Part shown: positions 40,775-53,420 of the stretch, one piece after another
How positions within the stretch are numbered: the stretch's first letter is position 1
Layout: each line of letters starts with the position of its first letter
NCBI RefSeq assembly: GCF_006345805.1
Contig: NC_042997.1
Coordinates: 159,216,001-159,280,000, forward strand
Direction of reading: 5' to 3'
From: Octopus sinensis
Taxonomy: Eukaryota
DNA length: 64,000 bases
The notes under the pieces: generated by a model
Seen by the model: the letters and a program-made list of their open reading frames with translations, nothing else
What the model was told of the DNA's origin: nothing
Databases searched by the model: none
Position numbers and translations under genes: made by a program

Positions 40775-42125
40775 TTAAGCTGATGAGCTGGCAGAATCGT
40801 TAGCATGCTGGACAAAATACTTAACAGTATTTTGCCTGTTGCTATATTCTAAATTCAAAATCTGCCAAGGTCGACTTTGCCGTTCATCATTTCGGGGTCG
40901 ACACACTAGGGTTGCTGTAGTTGACACTCATCCCCACCTTTGCCAAGCTGCCCTTGTGGAAAAATTTTGAAATAATAATAATAATAAGCAGCAGCAGCAG
41001 CAGCAGTGGTGGTGATGGTGGTGGTGGTAGTAGTAGTAGTAGCAGTAAGGTGGTGAGCTTGCAGAATTGTTAGCATGCTGGACAAAATACTTAGCGGTAT
41101 TTCGCCCGTTATTTCGTCTGCCGTTACGTTCTGTGTTCAAATTCCGCCGAGGTCGTCTTTGCCTTTCATCCTTTCGGGGTCGATAAATTAAGTACCAGTT
41201 ACGCACTGGGGTTGATATAATCGACTTAATACCTATGTCGGTCCTTGTTTGTCCCCTCTGTGTTTAGCCCCTTGTGGGTAGTAAAAAAATAGGTATTTCG
41301 CCTGTCACATTCTGAGTTCAAATTCCACCAAAGTCGACTTTACCTTTCATCCTTTCAGGATTGATAAACTAAGTACCAGTTGTTATTGGGAGCAGATGCA
41401 ATCAGCTGTTGCCACTCCCAAATTTCAGAACTTGTCCCTATAGTAGAAAGGATTATTATTATTATTTTTTTAAGGCAGTAAGCTGATAGAATCATTAGTA
41501 TGCCAGGCAAAATGCTTAGTGGTATCTCGCCCATCACTATGTTCTGAGTTCAAATTCTGCCAAGGTTGACTTTGCCTTTCATGGTCAATAAATTAAGTAC
41601 CAGTTGCGTACTGGAATCAATCTAATTGACTGGCCCCCTCCCCCAAAATTTCAGGTGTTGTGCCTATAGTAGAAAGGATTATTATTATTATTATTATTAT
41701 GAAGGCAGCAAGCTGGCAAAATTGTTAGTGCAGCAGACAAAATGCTTTAGCAGCAATTTTTACAGCTCTTTTGCTTTAGGGTTTAAATAGCACTGAGATC
41801 AGCTTTACCTTTCGAATTTTGGGGGTTAATAAAATAAAGTACCAATTGAGTACAGGGGTTGGTGTAATTAATTGACACCCTCCCTCTAAAATAGCTGACC
41901 TTGAGCCAAAATTGGAGACTATTAATATTATTATTATGATGGTGAGCTGGTACAACTTTTAGTATGATGGGCAAAATGCTTAGTGGCATTTCATTTGTTT
42001 CTACATTCAGGGTCAATAAAATAAGTATCAGTCAAGTATAGGGGTCACTGTAATCAACTAACATCTCCCCACAAAATTTCAGGCCTTTTGCCTATAGGAA
42101 TTATTATTATTATTATTATTATTAT
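40775..42125 (+). mobile_element. Head-to-tail array of about six family-A-type SINE copies or fragments
   Basis: gagctggcagaa-type heads recur at about 40785, 41055, 41480, 41710 and 41945, plus a 5'-truncated copy at about 41290. They are mostly separated by (ATT)n-type tracts. Confidence 0.85.
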
Positions 42126-42905
42126 TGTTTGCTTTAATTCATACAAGCCACACCCAAGTCTCAAACAGAAAGGTCAAGGCACAATGGTTTTGCATCTACA
42201 GATGCAAACAAGAGAGGTGCAATGCAATAGAGAAAACTGATGCCCGTATATAAAAAAGTCTTCTCAATTATCCACCCAGCCACCCTTATATATTGCGCAG
42301 AAGTCATACATCATCTTTATAGAAAGGTACATGTGCCTATCCCTCCATCATACTCTACCCTCTCAACACATACCATAAAGCTGCCTCTCTCTCCCCACAA
42401 CTACAACCTCATTCAGTTGAGTAAGATTTTTCTTTGTTTTGCAAATTCGTTGAAGACCTCAGAAGTAGGGGTGCCTTGAAAATAGCACCCAGTACACACT
42501 GCAAAGTCACTGACATCCAATCTGTAGAAGCCATGGCAAAACAGACACTGAAGCTCAATGTAGCCCTTTGGCTAGTCAGATCCTGTCAAGCCATCCAACC
42601 CATGCCAGCAGAGAAGACAGACATTAAATGATAATATATATATGTATTTATTTTGTCAGTCAAGTTTCACATAACAGTAGTTTTTGAGCAGGAATCATAT
42701 ACTCTACACATATTGAACTCTCACTCGACAAAATTCAATGACTGTGTGTGTGTGTGTGTTTATGTGTGCTTGTCTTTATGCTTGTTTCTCCACCACTTGA
42801 CAACCAGTGTTGATATGTTTGATCAACACTACAAAGCAATGCTATAGCATAATTGCAGTCCAATGACAGAACAAGTATAAGCATGTGTCCATGTGTGTGT
42901 GTGTG

Positions 42906-42936
<31 letters not shown>

Positions 42937-45900
42937 GCAAATGCATGCGTATAACTATAAATTTATATACATGTATGAGTGTGTGGATGCATAGACTGTG
43001 AACATGTCTATGTTCAAATCTGATCATTTTTATTAAATATTTTTCATATTCTTAACTAGTCCTTTACATTCAATTAGGAACACTATCACTCCTAAATCCA
43101 TAAACCCATTAATGTATCAAAGGTATTTCAACACCACCCTTGGAATGAAATGGTTGTTGAACAGTATGTTTTCACACATTTTGCTTTGGATCACAAAGAG
43201 TGAGAAAAGTGTTGGTGATTTTTGTTGTTTTAGACAAGCATTTAAAAATTATTCAACAGTTAAGTCTGATAGAGTTGTTTCTTTTTTGTTAATTTCATTT
43301 GTGTTTTACCTGTGTGTTTATGTTGTTTTTTAGGTTTTATTTTCTGTTGAATATTCTCAATATTTGTGTAATCCTGTATAGAACTTTACTGATGATGCTG
43401 TTCCTAACTAATGTATTTTTATCAAGTTGTTTACCATGTATTGCATTGTAGCATGTTACAATGGCTCTGTTTAAATACATAGACATTCAAGTAGTGTTGA
43501 ATTTAGCAGTTTGATTCATTAAGTTTACAATTTTCATGTTTGGAATTGTAAATTTCATAAGTATTGCCAAAGTATTTTCTGGAATTCATTGGTTTGTGAT
43601 TTTGAATTAATGAGATTTTCCATAATATGTGCCAAGTAAAAAGCATTGTTGTTGGTGCTGGTGCCACGTAAAAAGCACTCAGTACACTCTGTAAAGTGGT
43701 TAATGTTAGGAAGGACATCCAGTTATAGAAATCAAGCTAAAACAGACTATGGTACTTGGTGTGGCTCCTGGCCTTGCCACTTCCTATAAAGCTGCCCAAC
43801 CAACACCAGCATGGAAAATGGACAGTAAATGATGATAATATTCTAACAGTGGGTTTGTGGTTAGAACTGATACATATGTCCACTTGACCTGTTTCATCAG
43901 TCATGTCAGTAACAAAAACATTATAAAAATTGATAACAAAAAGTATAGTGACTTATTCACAGGTAAAGAGTAACAAGTACTGCCATATTTGCAATTAGTA
44001 AAATTTGGTGAATTGAGAGTAAGCTTTAAGAAGCTTAGCATGAACTAAATAACAACCTCTATATTGTAATCCAAAAAGGTTAACAACAACAATCCTTGGA
44101 CATTACTGTACCATGTCCAAACACGGCTGCTCAGTTTGCACAGTATGAAAGTGATTAGGATCATAAAATCCCCTTCAATGGGGTACCAGTCTGTCATTGG
44201 ACACTCATCTAAAGCCAAGTGGACTGGAGCAACATAAATTGAAGTGTTTTGTTCAATATCACAATGCACCCTTTGGCCCAGGAATTGAAACGACAATCTT
44301 ACAATGAGTGCAACACTCTAATCATTAAGTCACATGTCTTCACTAAAACAAAATTATTACATTGCAAAATATCAGCAAGCCAAGTGAGACTGTAACCTTG
44401 TGGCCTATGCCAGGGGTGTAACCAGCCCACGTATGTGTACCTTTCCTTCATTGGACACTAAACTTTGCTTGCAAAGACCTGTTGAGGCGAGTGAAATCAA
44501 AATCAAATTCAATGACTGGCATCCGTGCTAGTAGAACATTAAGAGCACCATCCAAGCGTGATCGTTGCCACAGCAGCTAACTGAACCAGTGGCACATAAA
44601 ATGCACCATCCGTGCATGATCATTACCAGTATCACCTTACTGGAACTTATGCCAGTAGCATGTGAAAAAACATTCGAGTGAGCTCATTGCCAGTGTAGAT
44701 AGCATGTCAAAAACATCATTTGAGCGTGGGCGTTGCCAGTACCGCCTGACTGGCCCTCGTGCCGGTGGCACATAAAAGCACCCACTACACTCTCGGAGTG
44801 GTTGGCATTAGGAAGGGCATCCAGCTGTAGAAACTCTGCCATATCAAATTGGAGCCTGGTGCAGATATCTGGTTTGCCAGTCCTCAATCAAATCGTCCAA
44901 CCTATGCTAGTATGAAAGGCGGACGTTAAACGATGATGATGATAATGCTGATGATGATACTACAAGACAGTCCAAATTTTTTTTAAATTACAACAAACAA
45001 CAGTAAAATTGAAAATTATCTCATGGTAGCTAGCTTTCACTTTATAATATTATTAGAAAGCTTTTTAACACCTTCCAGCTGAAGAAGCATGTTAAAATCT
45101 TTATGTGCATAAATAGTACAATAATCTTGTACTAGATTTACAAAGGTAGCTCTCATATCTGTTTCATATGAAATAATCTTGATTTTTTCAAATCCATTTT
45201 ATAGCTAGTGTGCATGTGCACACACACACACACTATCCATATAATATGCACTTGCATTTATATCTTGGTGTGAACAGATATAAACATAAATGCATTGGTT
45301 GCTTGTTAAATTTTGGAAAGCTGTTATTACCATTTCTTCTGAAGATGTCTGCAATCAAAAACTAATAGTTCCTAAAATAACTGTAGCTAGCTTTCATGGA
45401 CTTTTTGTTGAAGATTTTAGTATCTGCAAGTAGCCAAGAAGTATCTTTGCACCAGGTTTAAGAATGTTTTATTGATATTGGATATACTTAGGATTTCAGG
45501 AGGATTAAACCAGGTGATGTTACCATGCTATCTTGGACAATAAATTCTTCAGTAAGGATTTGGTTTACAGTGCTAATATAAAGATTATCAGTCTACAATA
45601 AATGATCTTTTTTTTTTAGAATTAGTAGAACATACCTTTCAGAACAGGTATAAACAGTACACATTTTTTTAAGATATCCACAGAATGAAACAACATCTGA
45701 TTCACAAGAGATCTTAAGACTGAGGCATAAAGGCACCACAAACTTTAAGACACTGTGGTCATTGTTATAATTTACCTACGCATATTCTGAAGGATCTAGA
45801 TTATGCTGCTATTACAACCTTGTAAAATTCCTCATATTAACCTCTAGATTTAACTTGATGTCTAGGAAAACTATTTTTTCTTCATATTTGGATAAAGAAC

Positions 45901-48121
45901 TTGAATTTGGCAATTGAATCAATTTTGCTTTATTTCATTGAACCATTGATTAGCTGTTTTTCCTGTCCTGTTAATATACATGTCACTGTCCACTTCAACA
46001 TTTTTTCCTTCATTCTTCCACCTCAACATTTTTTTCCTTCATTCTTCCATTTTTTTCCTTTAACTTTCTCTTTATCACTTACCTCAACCATCAGTACTCT
46101 GAATACATTCACAATTTTCTCACCACTGTCTCTTTCTTGATTCAACCAATTACTTACATAATCACAAGCCATGAATTTTCTTATTCACTTCCACACTCCT
46201 CACCATTTCTCTACAATTCTACTGTAGCTAATTGTATTAAATTTTCAGTGTAGTCCAGCAAGCAATCTTCAAACTACCTCTCTTTCTTTTCTAACAACTT
46301 CTTTTGTCTTTCTCTTTATACTTTTTTACATTTCTGTATCCTTTTCTTCCTCTTCTCTTACTCCACCCTGTTTTCTCTTTCTCCTGCCTTCTTTCAGGTA
46401 TGCTTCATTATATTGTTGTTTTTCTTGCTCTATCACTTTTATTTCTAGTTTTGTATCTAAATATCTTCTCAAACATTGAATATTATGAAACTTCAAATAT
46501 TAGAATCTCAGTATACAGAAACTTTATGTTGACTAAATATACAGCACTTGTATAAGCTGTAATCTATAACAAAACCTTTAGTTGGATCAAAAATAGCAAC
46601 AGGAATTTCAGAGCAAGAACAGTGCAAAATATCAGTTTAATTTCTCATACTACATAAATACTCACACACTAATAGTAAAAATGGCTGAATGCTACAAATA
46701 TAAAGAAAAGCTGATCCATAAAATTTTATCAACTGATTTTCAAAGGATTGTCTTTAAGAAAATATGTTGCAGATTTGCATTCTTGCAGTATTAAATTTCT
46801 TCAGATTGTGAAAAACAGATTATAATATCCTTTCTGAGAATTAATGTTTAAAGATGAAAATTTGGCATCAAATATTATTGTAAGAAATAAAAAAAATATA
46901 CAGGAATTAAGAATTAAAATTTATGAAAATATTTATGTAGAAGTAAAGAGCATAAATATGGAAAGAGTCTCCATCTATATAATGTTATGAATTATCTAAA
47001 TAACAAAGACGCTTGTGGCAATGTTGCTTTGCTAAGAATGGATGTACAAAATTACTTCAAAAGACGATACTAAAAAACTTAAAAACAACAAAAGTGACAT
47101 GAAATATACAATGATAAAACCCACCATTTAATATAACAGCAAACTATTAAATTTCACTCTAAGTTATTTACCAAACATTTATACTCCTTCAGAAATACAA
47201 TAAAATTTTTAAGAATACCATTAAACATTCATACTCTACTTATCAATGTTTACATACATACTTCTCTTACTTGCATAAATTTAATACATAAATCAACATC
47301 CAATCCTTTTAGGTGTAAATGTAGCTGTAATGATAATGTCATGTGTTCACTGGATCTCAATTGTCTTGAAAGATGCACTCTACCAAAGTGAAACAAAGAC
47401 CCATAATACATCTGTGTGTTTGTGTGTGAAGCTCATGTCAAACTCCTTTAAAACCTGCTACAATCCACATACATTCATTCAGAAATAAACAATAAGAAAA
47501 AAACAACACCTTTCATTTGGGATATGAAAAACAAGAAACAATTCAATAACAAGTTTAACATCAATCAGGGCTAAATCCTACAACTCTAGTGAGAAAAAAA
47601 AAATCATGTAATCTATATCTTATAGAAACTTTTAAAATATTTTCGGTAAACTCATTGACAAATGTTCTGAAAGAATATCTTCATGTCAAAATAAATATAT
47701 TAAACTCGGATATTTTGAGCACACAATATATCCTAAACACACATCACTTCATCCTATTTGTCTACAAGTTCTTCACCCAGTCAACTTCTAGTAATTGCAA
47801 TACCTATAGCACTACATAATTTTAAATGTAAACTAACCATATCTAGTTCTTCTTAAGCAAATATTCATATCCATATAGGACTTTTAGTATTATTTATGAA
47901 GCTTGTAAATTAAGTAGGTAGTCTGAATTTGTTGAGATTAGGTGATCCCGCATGACTACTTACATAGTAAAGGTAAACTAAAACACTGACAGAAGCTTTC
48001 AGTTTTTTTCCCAAAATGGTTTTCAAAGCTTTCTTTATATTTATTCAAAAGTTTCAATAATCATCAACACCAGTCATCTAATTTCTATGGACAGTATATT
48101 ATTTCATACCTTTTAATACCA

Positions 48122-48483
48122 ACTAGCACTATGATCCGGTGTTGCCGGGTCATAGTGTTAGTGCATGCATATACAGCTGCGTGCATGCGCACATATACAC
48201 GAGTACTGTCCAAATCTCCGACCAATCACATACAGCTAGCTGGCATTCAATTGGCGTATCAAGTTTCGGGCATTTTGATTGGGTTTTGGATAGAAAATTC
48301 ACAAAAAAGTCACTTCTATTGATTTTTTAATGGGGTGACTGGGGAAATGTAAAGATGTGCACAACCACCCTTGGACGGTTTTGAATGACCATAGAAAGTG
48401 CAAGCCCTCTAACTGAAAAATTGCGGATTTGTATAAAGGATACACACACAGACAGACATTTTGCCATTTATATATATAGAGAT
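48122..48483 (+). mobile_element. Helentron/DINE-1-like non-autonomous element
   Basis: 5' 18-bp hairpin actagcactatgatccgg-tgttg-ccgggtcatagtgttagt, a subterminal cacacacagacagac microsatellite, and a 3' end tttatatatatagagat, as in HINE/DINE-1 elements. Confidence 0.55.
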
Positions 48484-49294
48484 GTCATATTTTTGTAAAC
48501 TTTTAAGCATTAAAAGAGAAATGATGACAAGATTCCATTTTTTAAAAGCTGAACAAATTTATGTAACATAAACCTGAAAGCAATACATTTAAAAAAAATT
48601 TTAAGTTTTTCAATATTCTATTTATCAGCTTCTCTTTGTAACTAAATAGGAGGTTGACAATTTATCACCCACTTTTAACACATATCTGAATATAGTTTAG
48701 TTTTTTGTTTTCAGCCATTTAATATAATGAGTATAAAGTATGTCTAATTGTAATGTTGCTAAACCAGTTGATATTTATACCTACCAACTAAATTACTAGA
48801 TGACAGTGATGACACATGAGTTAGAACCACATGCCTGAGTTGATGATAAAAAAGAAAAAAATACCAAAATCCTTAATGATCAAAATAACAAGTTAATTAA
48901 GTTAGTGTTAATAAATCTACCATAGTGAATTACTAAATAAATATATAAATCACATATGAATCAATAAGAGAGCCTCTGTGCGATTGCTTATCTACTGAAA
49001 AAAAAAAGCAACTAAATCTTCCTAAAAATCTAACTTTACCATCTTTAGTATGTTAGGACTCATCCTAGTCCTAGACATACTGTGTCTAATAAAAGATGGA
49101 TAGTTACAGCTGGAACATCTTTGAACATCATTTGATCAGAATTAACCTGAATCTGAATAATAACAGTAACAACTAAAGTTAAGTTTTCTACCTGATATTT
49201 CAGTGGAATTTTTTCTTTTGCTAAAATTAAAATAAGAACGATAGAATGATAAAACATCTTTATAGAAATATCAATAAATATTAAGCATATTTAC

Positions 49295-50259
49295 CTTGAT
49301 CCTAAAAGTGATTGGTTAGAAAGCTGTTTCTTCACGAGATCCTGAAGCTTGCTCTCTCTTGTTGCTAACAAGATATTGTCTGTAGACTGAACACTGAATC
49401 TGTCCTTATTTTCAATGTTCTTTTCACATACACTCATGCATCTCTGGTTGCCTGGCAACACAGAACTGCTACAGTTTGTACTAGAAATATCTACGTTACT
49501 GTCATTGGCAGCAGTCGTAGATTTTGGACCATATTTTGAGATGCTTACGGAATCTCCATCTCTATCTTCACCAGAAAACTCTATAGAGTCAAAATGTGCT
49601 AGTGGAGCATGAAGACTGACATCATCAACAAAAATATCAGAAACTTGACTTGTTGCACGATCCATGCTGGTGACCATAGTTCGTGTCCAGTCCAGACTGT
49701 CAGTAGACTTCCAGGAAAGCCTGCTAGACTTCCTCTCAATACGTCCTTTGCATTTTGGTTTACGGTGAATAACGCTAGTTTCATAAGGTCTCCTAGGCTG
49801 TGGTGGTAGTTTTGCAGCAGAAGATCTTGATGCTGATGTCCAATCAACATTACTCTCAGGTAGTTTGGTCAAGTATTCAAACTTGCAATGACCATTTATT
49901 TCACAGTTCTCTCCACAAGCACATGGTCCATTGTCGATGAGTTCGAATGTGTCTGTTGCTTCCCGTAACTCACTGTTTTCAGCAAGCTCTTTAGTCTCTT
50001 TGTTACACTGTGAAGATATTAGACTTTCAATACCACTGTCAATTGTATTGATCTTGACTTCCTCTCCTTTCTCTTGTCCACTTACAGCACTTGACTGAGA
50101 CGCTGAGGCCGGTTGCCCACTCTGATCTTTGACAGGTTTATACACGTATAGTGATCCATTTGGTTGGTGGCGCCCTCCAGCAGAATCTTTAGGAATTGGC
50201 GGACTCCTCGTGTTACTCTCAGCCGCATCATGACCTGACTTAGAGTAACACGTTCCCAT
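49295..50259 (-). CDS. First coding exon of an uncharacterised gene (MGTCYSK..., Ser-rich, probably disordered); the exon also has 37 nt of 5'UTR (50260-50296)
   Basis: 322-codon ORF in non-repetitive sequence. Acceptor tttctatatttcAG at 50298-50297, in-frame TGA upstream of the ATG, and context atcATGG. Donor tcaag|GTAAAT at 49294; the exon ends in phase 2. Confidence 0.9.
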
Positions 50260-50415
50260 GATTAATTCAGGGTATCAGTCCAGTTTTATAAGTGACCTGA
50301 AATATAGAAAGAATAATGATAATAATGAAAAAATAATAATAATAATAACAACAATAATAATAAATGATAATAAATAATAATAATAATAATAATAATAATT
50401 ATAATAATAATAATG

Positions 50416-50580
50416 AAAAAATGTGGTATCTCAAGTGACTACAGTACCAGTGATTGTAGGATCTCTAGGAATGATAAAAAAGGTACTGAAACCTATTTGA
50501 AAATGATACCAGGAAGTGCAAAAAATTGTATTAACTGGAATGGCTCACGTACTGAGAAGAGCATTATTGCTGTGAAAACA
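50416..50580 (+). mobile_element. R4/Dong-like LINE C-terminal fragment next to an (AAT)n tract
   Basis: Frameshifted VTTVPVIVGSLGMIKK/GTETYLKMIPG/QKIVLTGMAHVLRRALLL*, preceded by (AAT)n at 50320-50412. Confidence 0.75.
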
Positions 50581-51249
50581 ACATCCATTCATGAATTTAT
50601 TTATTTATTAATTTTTAAATGCATATTTTTCCTGTGAATTTGTGTATGTAATCTGGGAATGCATACAATGAGCTTCTCTGCCCTAGGTGTATGAAAAACA
50701 CTCAGCGAGAAACGGAAGAAAATTTGAAGAAAGGTAAAAAAAAATAATAATAATAATGGTTTTGAATTTTGGGAGAATGGGTAAGTCAATTGCATTGATC
50801 TCAGTGCTCAACTGGTATTTATTTTATTGACCTGAAAGGATGAAAGACAAAGCTGACCTCACTAGAATTTGAACACTGAAAGTAAATATAAATGAAATGC
50901 CACTAAGCATTTTGCCTGGCAAGCTAACAATTCTACCAGCTAGTCACCTTAATAATAATAAGAAATAATATTAATGCAGATATTTATGTCAAAGACCATC
51001 AGGAAAAGAAATTCTTATTAATTACAGTATTTATCCCAACAAATGATAATCTTTAACCAAAAGAACAGAGAATATATCTTAAGAGATAACACAAATGCAG
51101 GAGTTAAAAGCAGAAACAATCTGTATAATAACAGGTATATCGAGAAATGATCATTAAACATGCAGACAAACATATAACCAAAACCCTAGGATGAACAAAT
51201 ACGCATGGCACTGCATACATATTACATAGCTACCTTGCATTATATAGGA

Positions 51250-52058
51250 GTGGCTGGGAGTAGCTAGAAAGAAGTCAAAGATGTTGGTGACAAAGTGTCA
51301 CAGCATACTTTAAGGTCAAGAAAGTGAGTAAGAGAGAATATGAACAATTGGAATGGGATGGTGAACAAGTGAGAGGAGAGTGGCAGGTGGTTAGAGATAA
51401 GGGTAGAGGTTAATGTAGTGAAAGATGTATTAAGGTGGATGGGGGAGAAGGTAAGAGGAATAACCCAGGAGCGAGGAGGGGATAAGTTTCAGTATAGGAA
51501 GGGTGAAGGCAGCAATATAGATAGATCAAGAAATAAGGAAAAGATGTACAGTGACAGTTAGAAGTATGTAGTGGTAGGAACAGGGAATGAGAGAAGGTGG
51601 TGTCGACAGCAAATAGGAAAGGATATTAAAGGTGAGTTATGACAGTCCTAAGATGTTAGAGGAGAGGTAAGTGGAGGCATAGAGAGCAGATGTGACTGGT
51701 GGGAAATAAAGTAAAAAGGGACGATAATGGGAGCACAAAGGGGAAGAAATATATGCAGATTTTGCAGTCACATGATTTCAGCGGCTAAATAGTGCCATTT
51801 TTAGAAGAGTGATGGAGAATTAGAGATAGAAAAATGGAAGGTAGGGCAAGTTGGATGAAGACAAGATGGGTGCAAGAGCAAGTCCTTGCATTAGGAAGGG
51901 CATCCAGTTGCAGAAACATTGCCAGATCAGATTGGATCCTGGTGCAGCTGCTGGCTTTCCAGACCTCAGTCAAATCGTCCAGCAGCATGGAAAACAGACA
52001 TTAAACAATGATGATGATACACATACATACATTTAAATTTACATATACACATATATAC

Positions 52059-52091
<33 letters not shown>

Positions 52092-52860
52092 CAGAATATG
52101 GGAGTTTAGTTCAATGGTGATCTAAACAAATAGGTAGGCTGGGTAAGTGTTGTAATGGGTTATCAAGGCTCTAAGCTGGTAACTGAGATGGGAACTATGG
52201 AACCATTTTAGGTTTCTGATATAGTGGATATATATATTTGTGAAAGAGGACAACAAATGGCAAGGCATAACAAGCATCTCAAGTCATATGCATCATTATT
52301 CTTAAATTAGTTGTGGTCTTACAGCTGTTTCTGGGATATCCCAAGTGATAGGTGAGCATGCCTGAATATGGAATCATATCATCAGAGACAAATAAAGAAA
52401 ATGTGAAGGATCTAGAAATGGAAATAATCAGATACAGGATCTAGACACGGAAAGTTCACAGATAATAAGCAATGAAATAGAAGAGCAAGAAAAAGTTCAC
52501 AGTTCATATTTATTTCCAAGGGTATGGGTGTTAGTCTGTATGTTCTTAGGTAAAATCCTAGGTAAATCCAGGTAGTATTATGACAAAGAATGGTTAGTGT
52601 TTTCACAGTATAAATATCCAGGCAATATTTTGGCAGAAAATATACACATACAAATATATATATATGCATGTATACAGAGGTTCAGGCTAAATTTGAAAAA
52701 AGAAGACACGAAATCTCATCCCAAAATAAAAGTATGTTGCAAACAGAGTAGTTGCTGTCTTCCTCAACTATGCCCCACACATAGTAATCCATGGGATTAC
52801 AATTGGGGAATTAGGAAGCTAGAAATTGGGGTTGGTGATTTAACACAAATTCTCAGACAA
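51250..52860 (-). mobile_element. Degenerate Penelope-like remnant (interrupted by a SINE at about 51870-52020) containing a hammerhead motif
   Basis: The pyrimidine-skewed minus strand resembles 22265-23076 and contains the hammerhead core at 52316-52389. There is no clean ORF. Confidence 0.4.
52316..52389 (-). ncRNA. Minimal type I hammerhead-ribozyme-like motif with a palindromic AGCU loop in helix III
   Basis: Minus strand: gtct-CTGATGA-[47 nt]-GAAAC-agct-GTA-agac. Helix I is a perfect gtct/agac; the helix II region is expanded and its fold is ambiguous. Confidence 0.7.
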
Positions 52861-53094
52861 CCACTTCTGACTTGCTAATAATTCTGCTAGCTCATCTCTA
52901 CTTAAATTAATACTAATAATAAACTTACTCTGATAGGCACAAAGCTCAAAATTTTGATGGGAAGGGGCCAGTCGATTATATAGACCCCGATGCTCAACTG
53001 GTACTTATCTAACTGATCCCAAAAGGATGAAAAGCAAAGTGGATCTTGATGGCATTTGAACACAAAACAAGAAACTGGAAGCAAGGAGTCAAAT

Positions 53095-53420
53095 CCTGTT
53101 GCCACACATATGGTCTTTCAGCAGCAACCCTCTCCAGCCAGGGATTGACCACAGTCTCCAGCAGCCTCACACACCCATCTAAACTGAGCCTAAAAGCTTG
53201 TCCAATGATGTAGGGATAAATTCTGTCATGCAGAAGCAAACAGGATATCTTCTGTGTCCCTTACTGCTGGTTATAACTTCGTAGTCTCTGGTGCAGCTGT
53301 CCATCTCAAATCTTACAGCCTTTAGAGTATTCACAGAGCATTGAGTAGCAGTAATGGTCTCAGCATTTTGATAGCTGGCATGAATCATCATGATAAATAT
53401 GTCTTTTCCAATATTCAGAC
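53095..53420 (-). mobile_element. Internally deleted Tc1/mariner transposase remnant
   Basis: The peptide RLLETVVNPWLERVAAERPYVWQQD contains the second catalytic-Asp motif VWQQD. An N-terminal HTH-like region (IHASYQNAETITATQCSVNTLKAVR) lies directly upstream. Confidence 0.7.
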
